Positions 48,042-55,594 of a DNA stretch of 64,000 bases are shown one piece after another. Within the stretch, counting starts at the first letter, position 1, and each line of letters starts with the position of its first letter. A program made the translations under genes and the position numbers. Origin of the DNA: an uncultured Bacilli bacterium (lineage in GTDB: Bacteria > Bacillota_I > Bacilli_A > RF39 > UBA660); assembly GCA_947629375.1 (NCBI GenBank), contig CANRDN010000006.1, forward strand, positions 11,605-75,604, written 5' to 3'. The notes under the pieces are model-generated. The model did not search any database and was not told the DNA's origin. It was given only the letters and a program-made list of their open reading frames with translations.

Positions 48042-48427
48042 TATGAAAGATCCTCACTATCAAAAGGATATGGGCAAAGTTCTCCAACAGTATAAGTAAG
48101 AGTCTCTCCTTTAGGATTCATACAAGTAACTTCCATATCTTTATCGAAGAACTCTAGAAAAACTTGACGACAAATAAAACAAGGCATTCCAATCTTGTCA
48201 TTATCGCACATTACATACAAGTGACTAAAATCGTGCTTTTTGTAACCGTTGGAAACTGCTGATACGATAGCACTTCTTTCAGCACAGATTGTGGCTCCGT
48301 ATGATGCGTTTTCAACATTTACTCCTTTAAATTCTGTATTATCTTTACATACCAGTATTGCTGCAACTCGATATTTTGAATAAGGTGCATAGCTATTGTT
48401 TAATAAATTTATTAATTTTTCTTTCAT
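48041..48427 (-). CDS. cdd: Cytidine deaminase
   Basis: CAERSAI and PCFICRQ zinc motifs. ATG 48427 lies behind ggaggt. The stop overlaps the era start. Confidence 0.88.
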   Translation of the reverse strand: MKEKLINLLNNSYAPYSKYRVAAILVCKDNTEFKGVNVENASYGATICAERSAIVSAVSNGYKKHDFSHLYVMCDNDKIGMPCFICRQVFLEFFDKDMEVTCMNPKGETLTYTVGELCPYPFDSEDLS

Positions 48428-48438
48428 ATTTACCTCCA

Positions 48439-49521
48439 TTATTTTTTGTGTTGTCCATAGGGAAGTCTATCGCCGTACTCGAAGTCTACAAGTCCGGTAT
48501 CTTGTAGATGTTCGATAGCTGCGTCTATATAATTTCTATCAAAGTCCATCTTACTTATTTCTCTATTTGCATAACTTTTTAGTGGCTCGTGGTTAAAGTT
48601 ATTTGAAGTATCTTGTCCAAAAAGAAGATAATCCTTTGAAAACTTTGTTGTCTTCAAAGCTTGTTCCATTCTTCCTTCGCTTCTTGTTATCGCTCTTGTG
48701 TTATCAATATTATAAAGCAATCCATCAAGATTTATTACATTCCAAGCGTGATCTCCTACTCTAACACTTCTTACATTTAAATTAAGATAAGGATTGTTAC
48801 ATAGAAGCGTTGTAACAGCTGCAAAAGTTCGACAGACTCCAAAGTTATTAAATAGTGCTGTTTTAGGATTACTTATATCTTGTTCTGTTGCTTGATATGG
48901 CAAAGAGTCTAAATCATTAAGGACAAAGGCTTCATCTTTAACATAACTATCCTTTTTGCCATCGATATATTGAAAATATTTCTGAAGATAATTAGACACC
49001 AAAATAACTTTTTCGGTATCAGTTAAATTAGGTTCAAATTCTCTTATCATCGATGCTAATCTTTTAACTTCACTAATAAGTTCTCTGTCATATGTAGTAA
49101 TTATTCCTTGATCACTTTTGGGGTCTCCTAAAGCATCTGTATAATCAGAAACATTTACTGAATCATTAAACTTTACTCCCCACATAACATAACTAGGTGG
49201 AATAATTAAATTATCAAACTGTGTTACATCGATATATGACCTATCTTTTTGCTCTTGGTCATCAATTAGATATATAGGAACTTTTTTATTGTTTTTCTTA
49301 AAAACTTCATTTACCATAAGGGCACTTTCATAATCTCGACATTTTATAAAGTCAGGATCATCAAGTAACAAAATAGTCTTAATAAAAGTCCCAAGATCCT
49401 TTTCTATCGTTTCTTTATCACAGTATACGCCATTACAAGAATTTCTTATCTCTTGATCATTCATTTGATAAAGTTCTTTTAATTCGTATGGCTTTTTTTC
49501 ATTTAATATTTTTAAGGCCAT
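48439..49521 (-). CDS. Transglutaminase-like (papain-fold) domain protein
   Basis: Candidate Cys-His-Asp triad in FGVCRTFAAV ... GDHAWNVINL ... YNIDNT; 360 aa. Confidence 0.55.
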   Translation of the reverse strand: MALKILNEKKPYELKELYQMNDQEIRNSCNGVYCDKETIEKDLGTFIKTILLLDDPDFIKCRDYESALMVNEVFKKNNKKVPIYLIDDQEQKDRSYIDVTQFDNLIIPPSYVMWGVKFNDSVNVSDYTDALGDPKSDQGIITTYDRELISEVKRLASMIREFEPNLTDTEKVILVSNYLQKYFQYIDGKKDSYVKDEAFVLNDLDSLPYQATEQDISNPKTALFNNFGVCRTFAAVTTLLCNNPYLNLNVRSVRVGDHAWNVINLDGLLYNIDNTRAITRSEGRMEQALKTTKFSKDYLLFGQDTSNNFNHEPLKSYANREISKMDFDRNYIDAAIEHLQDTGLVDFEYGDRLPYGQHKK

Positions 49522-49531
49522 TTAAACCTCC

Positions 49532-49948
49532 TTAGAAAAGTGCAATTATTTTGGGAATAAAGATTAATAATCCCGTTACAAAGGAGAATATTGCTGCTAA
49601 AAGAACACCACCTGCTGCTACATCTTTACTTATTTTAGCAATCGGATGAATATTTGGCATAGCAAGGTTTACTGCTTCCTCAATTGCCGTATTAATAAGT
49701 TCTAAAGACATAACTAGACCGATACACATTACAACAGCAACCCATTCCATTAGTGATATTTTAAATACAAAACCACTAATAATTACCAAAATAGCAATTA
49801 CTAAATCAATTTTTAAGTTTCTTGTTGTTTTAAAGCCATAGAATAATCCCTCAAAAGCATATTTAAAGCTACTAAATATATTCTTACTTTTATACTTTTT
49901 TCTATCTTTCGATGCCATATCTAGAAAGTACCTCCTCTTGTTTACCAA
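49532..49948 (-). CDS. dgkA: Diacylglycerol/undecaprenol kinase DgkA
   Basis: 3-TM protein with FKYAFEGL and LELINTAIEEAV motifs, in the ybeY-dgkA-cdd order. The start may be ATG 49918. Confidence 0.8.
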   Translation of the reverse strand: MVNKRRYFLDMASKDRKKYKSKNIFSSFKYAFEGLFYGFKTTRNLKIDLVIAILVIISGFVFKISLMEWVAVVMCIGLVMSLELINTAIEEAVNLAMPNIHPIAKISKDVAAGGVLLAAIFSFVTGLLIFIPKIIALF

Positions 49949-50345
49949 ACATTACTTTTTCATCTTCTTTAGTCATATGATCATACCCTAAAAGATGAAG
50001 AAGTCCGTGAAGTGCAAGGAAATAAAGTTCTCTTTTAAAAGAATGACCATACTCTAAACTTTGACTTTTAACTTTATCTAAAGAAATATAAATATCACCA
50101 AGTATTCTTATATCGCTTCTATTAAATGTCTTATCATCTTCTAACGCAAAGCTTATGACATCAGTTGGTCTATCGATTCCACGATACTCTTTATTTATCT
50201 CGTGTATCTTTTCATTATCGACAATAATTACATTAAACATAACATTATCAAGTTTTTCATCTTCACAAACTTTATATAAAAAATCTTTTAAAGAATCTAA
50301 TTCTTCTATTTCTTCATCAACTAAACTAACTACTTCTATCTGCAT
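49902..50345 (-). CDS. ybeY: rRNA maturation endoribonuclease YbeY
   Basis: HGLLHLLGYDH zinc motif. ATG 50345 lies behind taggagga; the tracked N-terminal extension was rejected. Confidence 0.9.
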   Translation of the reverse strand: MQIEVVSLVDEEIEELDSLKDFLYKVCEDEKLDNVMFNVIIVDNEKIHEINKEYRGIDRPTDVISFALEDDKTFNRSDIRILGDIYISLDKVKSQSLEYGHSFKRELYFLALHGLLHLLGYDHMTKEDEKVMFGKQEEVLSRYGIER

Positions 50346-50353
50346 ATATCCTC

Positions 50354-50968
50354 CTACATAAGTAACATAACAATTAAAGTTATAAATAAACCTAAAAGTA
50401 TTATAAGAATTGTATTTAAAAACCAAGTTGCCTTTAAAAACTTAGGAAGCTTTTCATATACTTTATCTAAAACTAAATATATTAGAAATCCAAATAAGCC
50501 CCCTAAAACATTTAATAATATATCATCGACATCGAATACTCGTCCAATATATAACTGAGTTACTTCGATGGAAATAGATGCTAAAAGGACTAAGAACATA
50601 TTTAAAAAGATATTCTTTCCCGAAAAGTATCTACCAACAAAATAACCATATGGCAAGAATAAGACGACATTACCAACTACATTTTTAATAAATAAAGGAC
50701 TATAGAACTCATATCTCATTATTTCTTTAAAAGGTACAAAGTTACTTCCGACAGATGCTGATGCATCAGTAGTTGTTACAGCTTGGAATAAAGATAAAAC
50801 ATAAAAGGCAAAGAAAAATAGTAAAATCTCTTTATATATAACAATCTTGACTCTATTTTTGTAGATAAATGATATTCTAAAAGAAATTAAAATAATCATC
50901 GAAACAAAAACCATCGGCCAAGTTATTTCCATTAATGATTTAAAATTACCATAAAGCGATTCAATCAT
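50354..50968 (-). CDS. VanZ-family membrane protein
   Basis: EVTQLYIGRVFDVDDILLNVLGGLFGF is a typical VanZ C-terminal motif; polytopic. Confidence 0.65.
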   Translation of the reverse strand: MIESLYGNFKSLMEITWPMVFVSMIILISFRISFIYKNRVKIVIYKEILLFFFAFYVLSLFQAVTTTDASASVGSNFVPFKEIMRYEFYSPLFIKNVVGNVVLFLPYGYFVGRYFSGKNIFLNMFLVLLASISIEVTQLYIGRVFDVDDILLNVLGGLFGFLIYLVLDKVYEKLPKFLKATWFLNTILIILLGLFITLIVMLLM

Positions 50969-50972
50969 TTAA

Positions 50973-52121
50973 TCACATTCCTTCATTTATTGTGTAATAC
51001 TTGTAACTAGCTATATTTTCGTAAACTTTGAAAAATACCTCTACATTAATTGTACTATTATTTAGCGTCGTTTTCAATTTTTTTTGGGATATAATATACT
51101 CATTTTCTTTTAATCTTTCTTCTATTTTTGCTCGTGCTATTCTTAAACAATCATTTTCATTTGTTATTAGGTTTACACTGTCATTAACATATAGTTCTTT
51201 TTTTAAGTCGATATTAATAGAAAACAAGCCAAAAAGGTCACTATAAAGATTAGTCCTTTCTATTTCACTATTTTTATAACTTTCATCAAGAAGATTAATA
51301 TCTTTATTTAAAAATGAAATATTTATTACTTTTTTATTATTTCCGGTATACTTTTTTTCATAATAATTTATTGGTAATTCTACTTTTACTTTATACCATA
51401 CTTCGGCGTATATATCACCATCTGCAGATACATTATCTTTAATATCTTCGCCTTTATGTATTTCACCACTTATTATTATGTCACCAGTATTTACATAATC
51501 ATTGATTTTTTTAATTATTTCCCCATCACTTGCTTCTATTTTTTTAATAATTCCAGGCTTTTTTGCAACAATATGTCGAATACTTTCTTCTTTTTCTAAA
51601 TCATTTATAATTCTTTTTTCAATTCTAACTGTATATTTAGTCCCACTTCTTTCTATTTCTAACCATTCGATATCATTTTTATTTGAATTCAATATCTCTT
51701 CTTTTATTTTTTCGATTTCGTTATAAGATTTAACTAAATGAAACTTTTCAATATGATATTTTTTAAATTCGTTTTGAATTATCTCTCTTATTTTCGGGTC
51801 ATCGTGAGCTATTTCAATAGAAAAGATAAAATTACTTAGGAAAATTACAAGAAAAAAAGAGAGTAAAGAAGAAAAAAGAAATAGTAAGTTTTTCTTTATT
51901 TCTTCTTTTATATAGATAAGTCCATATACTCTTTCAATGTTTATCTCGTAACTAGTCTTTATATTTAGAATTTTCTTATAGTTTTCTTCATCTACTTTAA
52001 CATAAAAATAATTATCAAAGATTTCTATTTTACTTAAAGAAATATTTAAATTATAAAGAAGTTTAATAAATCTTCGAATGTTTTTACCACTAATTTTTAA
52101 TTTATAGTAATTCTTAAGCAT
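50973..52121 (-). CDS. yqfD: Sporulation protein YqfD
   Basis: About 380 aa with a central TM, in the conserved position after yqfC. ATG 52121 lies behind aggtga. Confidence 0.7.
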   Translation of the reverse strand: MLKNYYKLKISGKNIRRFIKLLYNLNISLSKIEIFDNYFYVKVDEENYKKILNIKTSYEINIERVYGLIYIKEEIKKNLLFLFSSLLSFFLVIFLSNFIFSIEIAHDDPKIREIIQNEFKKYHIEKFHLVKSYNEIEKIKEEILNSNKNDIEWLEIERSGTKYTVRIEKRIINDLEKEESIRHIVAKKPGIIKKIEASDGEIIKKINDYVNTGDIIISGEIHKGEDIKDNVSADGDIYAEVWYKVKVELPINYYEKKYTGNNKKVINISFLNKDINLLDESYKNSEIERTNLYSDLFGLFSINIDLKKELYVNDSVNLITNENDCLRIARAKIEERLKENEYIISQKKLKTTLNNSTINVEVFFKVYENIASYKYYTINEGM

Positions 52122-52359
52122 AGAGATCACCTAAATCAATTGTTGTAAATTTACCTGATAACAATATTTCATTATCTAAGAGTTTTTTAATTATTATCTT
52201 ATCTCCTTTGATAATTATTCTTTTATCAAGATAAGTAACAACAACTTTATTTTCTTCTAGTATTGGTACATCAGTAAAGTTATTAATATTTATAAAGTTA
52301 TCCCATATATTTATCGAAAATTCATCATTTTTTACATATCTATTAAGGCTTTTTAACAT
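52114..52359 (-). CDS. yqfC: Sporulation protein YqfC
   Basis: 81 aa with a pattern ...IIIKGDKIIIKKLLDNEILLSGKFTTI like Bacillus YqfC, in the yqeY-yqfC-yqfD order. Confidence 0.65.
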   Translation of the reverse strand: MLKSLNRYVKNDEFSINIWDNFININNFTDVPILEENKVVVTYLDKRIIIKGDKIIIKKLLDNEILLSGKFTTIDLGDLYA

Positions 52360-52391
52360 ATTGTCACCTAATATATAATATAATCTTTAAA

Positions 52392-52415
52392 TAAAAAAAA
52401 GAACTTAATGTTCTT
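52392..52415 (-). terminator. Intrinsic terminator after yqeY
   Basis: Minus strand aagaac-attaa-gttctt followed by T8. Confidence 0.65.
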
Positions 52416-52859
52416 CTATAGGTTACTTAATTTTTCTTTTATTAGAGAGCTAACTCCTTTCATATCAGCTTTTCCTTTTACTAATGGTGTTAACTCTTTC
52501 ATTATTAATCCCATATCTTTTTCGCTTTTAGGATTAACTTTTTTAAATACTTCATCGATTGTTTTATCTAGTTCTTCCTTAGAAAGTTGTGCAGGTAAAT
52601 ATGTTTGTAATAAATTTATTTCTTCCAACGTTTTATCAATTAAATCTTGTCTTTTTCCTTTTTCAAATTCGACAATTGATTCTTTTCTTGTTTTAATTCC
52701 ACGAGATAGAACAGCAATCATTAATTCATCGTTTACTTCAACACCTTTATTGATGTGCTCTAAATCAGCATCTCCTTTAATTCCTCTTAATGTTTGAAGC
52801 TTTAAGGTGTTTTTCTCTTTCATAGCACTTACTATATCTTGTTTTATTTTATCGTACAT
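52416..52859 (-). CDS. yqeY: GatB/YqeY-domain protein
   Basis: IKQDIVSAMKEKN..LQTLRGIK...YLP.QLS.EEL is typical of YqeY. Sits next to rpsU. An extended -10 tgatataat lies upstream. Confidence 0.85.
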   Translation of the reverse strand: MYDKIKQDIVSAMKEKNTLKLQTLRGIKGDADLEHINKGVEVNDELMIAVLSRGIKTRKESIVEFEKGKRQDLIDKTLEEINLLQTYLPAQLSKEELDKTIDEVFKKVNPKSEKDMGLIMKELTPLVKGKADMKGVSSLIKEKLSNL

Positions 52860-52895
52860 AATATCATCTCCATTTCCATTATATCAAAAGTAAAA

Positions 52896-52917
52896 GAAAA
52901 AGACTAGTAACTAGTCT
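52896..52917 (-). terminator. Hairpin/terminator at the rpsU stop
   Basis: Minus strand agactag-tta-ctagtct followed by ttttctttt. Confidence 0.55.
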
Positions 52918-53111
52918 CTATTTTGTCTATTTCTCTTTTGAGCGTTCTTGATTCCAGCTTTTTTAGCTTCTCTACGCTTATCACCAGGTTTTACTGCAAA
53001 TTCTCTTTTCTTGCATTCAGAAGGGACAGATTCTCTTGCCAATTTTTGTTTTAATCTTCTCAAAGCTAGATCTAAGTTACCATTTTTTACGGCTACTTGT
53101 ACTTGTGCCAT
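52911..53111 (-). CDS. rpsU: 30S ribosomal protein S21
   Basis: MAQVQVAVKNGNLDLALRRLKQKLARESVPSECKKREFAVKPGDKRREAKK fits S21. The RBS ggaaggagggg precedes ATG 53111; the tracked extension to 53174 was rejected. Confidence 0.9.
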   Translation of the reverse strand: MAQVQVAVKNGNLDLALRRLKQKLARESVPSECKKREFAVKPGDKRREAKKAGIKNAQKRNRQNRD

Positions 53112-53342
53112 TGTTCTCCCCTCCTTCCGGTACTCACTAACCAAAATTATAGCATAGTAACTACTACAATTCAAGAAAATTCTACATTTTTTAGCATTTT
53201 TTGAAGTTTTTTGGTCATTTTATTACAGATTTATCATTACTATTTTTTTCAATTATTAAAATATTTCGGTTAACTACTTGTAAAAATATATAAATTATAA
53301 TACAATGTATTTGTCAAGGAAACTTGAATAAAATAAAAAAGA

Positions 53343-53376
53343 GGAACATTTGAATTCGCAAGTGAATGTCACCCTC
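53343..53376. repeat. Inverted-repeat arm 1 (3' arm of the peptide mRNA)
   Basis: ggaacatttga-attcgcaa-gtgaatgtcaccctc pairs with 53535..53561 as 11 bp plus 15 bp with an 8-nt bulge. Confidence 0.85.
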
Positions 53377-53390
53377 TAAAAAATGGGTTG

Positions 53391-53420
53391 GGCACTCTGC
53401 TGATGAGTGTCTATTTTTTT
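53391..53420 (+). terminator. Canonical intrinsic terminator, plus strand
   Basis: ggcactc-tgctgat-gagtgtc, then ta, then T7. Confidence 0.75.
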
Positions 53421-53503
53421 ATAGCTAGTACCAATAAGGTAGAGAGTAATAAAATTATAGAAATAAGTCTTAAAACTTTCAAAATAAAAGTCTTAATCTT
53501 CAT
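53411..53503 (-). CDS. 30-aa hydrophobic peptide (type I toxin-like), below ORF-track cutoff
   Basis: The strong SD aagggaggt lies 7 nt before ATG. The peptide is MKIKTFILKVLRLISIILLLSTLLVLAIKK, one TM helix with a KK C-terminus. Confidence 0.5.
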   Translation of the reverse strand: MKIKTFILKVLRLISIILLLSTLLVLAIKK

Positions 53504-53534
53504 TAATATCTACCTCCCTTCTTTTTCAAGATTG

Positions 53535-53561
53535 GAGGGTGACACTCACATCAAATGTTCC
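53535..53561. repeat. Inverted-repeat arm 2 (5' end of the peptide mRNA)
   Basis: gagggtgacactcac-a-tcaaatgttcc is the reverse complement of arm 1, apart from the bulge and one G-U pair. Confidence 0.85.
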
Positions 53562-53568
53562 AATAGAT

Positions 53569-53600
53569 ATTATATACCGTAGATAAGCTCATAGTAACAA
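53569..53600 (-). promoter_or_regulatory. Promoter of the peptide mRNA
   Basis: Minus strand ttgtta-18-tatata, overlapping tataat at 53569..53574. The predicted start falls at about 53561, the first base of the inverted-repeat arm. Confidence 0.45.
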
Positions 53601-53693
53601 AGCCAGTTAAAAACAAAGAAACTATGTTACAAAACAAACATATTGACAAAATAAAGGATGGAATATATTCTTTAGTTGGAAGGAAATCAAAAA

Positions 53694-53774
53694 ATGTTAA
53701 AAAAAATCAAGAAACTATTACAAAAGATAAAAGACAGAATCCAAATATGGTGGGGTGGAGATATAGATCCTTAA
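53694..53774 (+). CDS. Possible 26-aa cationic amphipathic micro-ORF
   Basis: ttgaca (53643..53648)-17-tattct, ggaagg 10 nt before ATG; peptide MLKKIKKLLQKIKDRIQIWWGGDIDP. The stop lies inside a terminator hairpin. Confidence 0.25.
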   Translation: MLKKIKKLLQKIKDRIQIWWGGDIDP

Positions 53775-53790
53775 AAAGGATCTTTTTATT
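53765..53790 (+). terminator. Intrinsic terminator, plus strand
   Basis: agatcctt-aaa-aaggatct followed by ttttatttt. Confidence 0.7.
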
Positions 53791-53796
53791 TTCGCC

Positions 53797-53822
53797 AAAA
53801 AAAGAAACTCTTTAACGAGTTC
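53797..53822 (-). terminator. Intrinsic terminator after rnj
   Basis: Minus strand gaactc-gttaaa-gagtt(t)c followed by T7. Confidence 0.6.
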
Positions 53823-53830
53823 ACTTCTTC

Positions 53831-55483
53831 TTATACTTCCTGTATAACTGTGATAATCATAGGTTTACATTCAGTTTCTTTATAAAAGTATTTTCCTAAT
53901 CTATCTCTTACATCATTCTTTATTTTTGTATAATCAACTTTTTTGCTGTCTTCCTCGATATTACTTTTAATAACTTCAAGACATAACTCTTCTGTTTCTT
54001 TTATTAAATCGGCACTTTCTTTAACATAGACAAATCCTCTTGTTAAAATTTCTGGTCCAGCAAGAATCTCTTTAGTATTTTTATTTAAAGTACAACTTAT
54101 TATTACTATTCCATTTTCACCAAGCATCTCACGATCTTTTAAAACAAGTTCACCGATATCACCTTGACTTTTACCATCAATTAAAATTTCATCAACTGGG
54201 ATATGCTCTAAATCTTCTGTTAATTTACCATCGACAAAAGTAGCTACATCTCCATTTTGCTTCAAAATAATATTTTCTTTAGGTATTCCAAGGCGCTCTG
54301 CAATTTCCGCATTTTTAACTTGGTGACGATACTCACCTTTAACTGGGAAATAATATTTAGGATTCATTAAATTTATCATAAGCATCAAATCTTCTCTTGA
54401 TGAATGATGTAATAAATGCTTTTTAGCATCCAAACTTATGGCATTTACATCTTTTTTAGCTATTTCATCCATTATAAGAGCTGTACGCTTTTCGATACCT
54501 TCATATGGTGGCTCAGTTATAAAGATTGTATCTGTATCTTTTAATTTAACATATTTATCAAAACCTCTTAAGATTCTTTCAAGATTCATATAAGGTTTTT
54601 CTTTTTCATCAGAAATTAATATTACTACATTCTTATCATTTATATTGGTAAGGTCCCCTATTCTTGTTTTATCGAAAGTAATGTAACCCTCATCGATTGA
54701 TTTGTTGATAATATTTTGTAGGTTTTTACCCATTATAACGACATTTCTTTTAGTCTTAGAAACTTCATTTAATATTTCTTGAACTCTATAGATGTGGGCG
54801 GTCATAATTGTACAGATAATTCTATTTTCATTTTTAGCAAGTACATCACGAATAAATCCAGTTACACGGTTATTAGGACTCGTGTGTCCTTCCTTTTCAG
54901 CATAAATTGACTCGGAAAGCAAACATAAGACACCTTGTTTTCCAACATACGCAAGTTTTCCAATATCTGTCTTGTAGTTTCCCATCATTGTCGAATCAAA
55001 AACGAAGTCACCTGTATAGACGATGGCACCATCCTCTGTATATAAAACATAGCAAACAGAATCAGGAATCGAATGCGTTACACTGATAGGGAAAACAACT
55101 AAATCACCGAAAGTAAGCTTAGAATGAGGTCTAATTTCTTTTAAGTTAGTTGCAGTTACACCACTTTCTTGTAAGTCTTCTTTTAAAATATTCATCGTAA
55201 ACTTAGTAGCATACACAGGTAAGTCTGGCATATCAAATAAGATATCTGCCATTGCACCCATATTACTATCGTGACCGTGTGTTAAAAATATACCTTTTAT
55301 TTTGTTTTTATTATTTTTTATATAACTATAATCCGGTAAGATATAATCTACTCCTAACATTTTGTCAGTCGCATATTTAAGTCCTGCATCGAAAATAAAA
55401 ATATTTTCATCTACATTAACAACATACATATTTTTACCGGTTTCGTTTAGTCCACCTAAACTAAAAATTTTTATTTTACTCAA
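53831..55483 (-). CDS. rnj: Ribonuclease J family protein with substituted metal ligands (J2-like)
   Basis: Aligns along its full length with B. subtilis RNase J1 (ALGGLGEIGKN / SLGGLNETGKN, THSIPDS, TGDF.FD, GVLCLLS, GEYR). However HGHEDH is HGHDSN here, and PIHGEYR is PVKGEYR. Confidence 0.85.
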   Translation of the reverse strand: MSKIKIFSLGGLNETGKNMYVVNVDENIFIFDAGLKYATDKMLGVDYILPDYSYIKNNKNKIKGIFLTHGHDSNMGAMADILFDMPDLPVYATKFTMNILKEDLQESGVTATNLKEIRPHSKLTFGDLVVFPISVTHSIPDSVCYVLYTEDGAIVYTGDFVFDSTMMGNYKTDIGKLAYVGKQGVLCLLSESIYAEKEGHTSPNNRVTGFIRDVLAKNENRIICTIMTAHIYRVQEILNEVSKTKRNVVIMGKNLQNIINKSIDEGYITFDKTRIGDLTNINDKNVVILISDEKEKPYMNLERILRGFDKYVKLKDTDTIFITEPPYEGIEKRTALIMDEIAKKDVNAISLDAKKHLLHHSSREDLMLMINLMNPKYYFPVKGEYRHQVKNAEIAERLGIPKENIILKQNGDVATFVDGKLTEDLEHIPVDEILIDGKSQGDIGELVLKDREMLGENGIVIISCTLNKNTKEILAGPEILTRGFVYVKESADLIKETEELCLEVIKSNIEEDSKKVDYTKIKNDVRDRLGKYFYKETECKPMIITVIQEV

Positions 55484-55524
55484 AATAAATCTCCTTTCTT
55501 TTTATTTATTAAGAAAATACTAAC

Positions 55525-55590
55525 TGATTATACCAAAATAGATTGAAAAAAACAAGTCACCAAATATAGTGCTTGTCAATATTATGTTAA
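55525..55590 (-). promoter_or_regulatory. rnc terminator followed by rnj promoter
   Basis: Minus strand caagcac-tatatttg-gtgacttg followed by T7, then the extended -10 tggtataat and the RBS aaaggag before rnj. Confidence 0.5.
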
Positions 55591-55594
55591 TTTT

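Larger units (their letters stand above)
53343..53420 (+). ncRNA. Putative cis-antisense (antitoxin-like) small RNA
   Basis: A canonical plus-strand terminator at 53391..53420 has no plus-strand gene to terminate. An RNA ending there would be complementary to the stop codon and 3' UTR of the minus-strand peptide mRNA. The only upstream promoter candidate is weak (ttgtca-17-taaaaa, 53311..53339). The 5' end is inferred. Confidence 0.35.

Noticed and set aside
53343-53561. The inverted repeats read as the terminal repeats of a MITE.
   Set aside because: I see no target-site duplication flanking the arms. The interior carries a well-positioned promoter, SD, ORF and terminator set, and I found no other copy in the 64 kb. 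A MITE cannot be excluded without a genome-wide search, so it is kept as the alternative in the finding.
53388-53582. Tracked 64-aa plus-strand ORF (MGTLLMSVYFFIAS...) in the rpsU-rnj gap.
   Set aside because: It has no RBS and starts inside, then reads straight through, the plus-strand terminator hairpin and its T7 run. It is simply the antisense frame of the SD-driven 30-codon minus-strand ORF, and its composition looks like antisense noise.
53624-53815. Tracked 63-aa plus-strand ORF (MLQNKHIDKIKDG...).
   Set aside because: No SD precedes its ATG. It starts upstream of the only plausible promoter and reads through the 53765..53790 terminator. The shorter 26-codon frame, or a non-coding RNA, fits the signals better.
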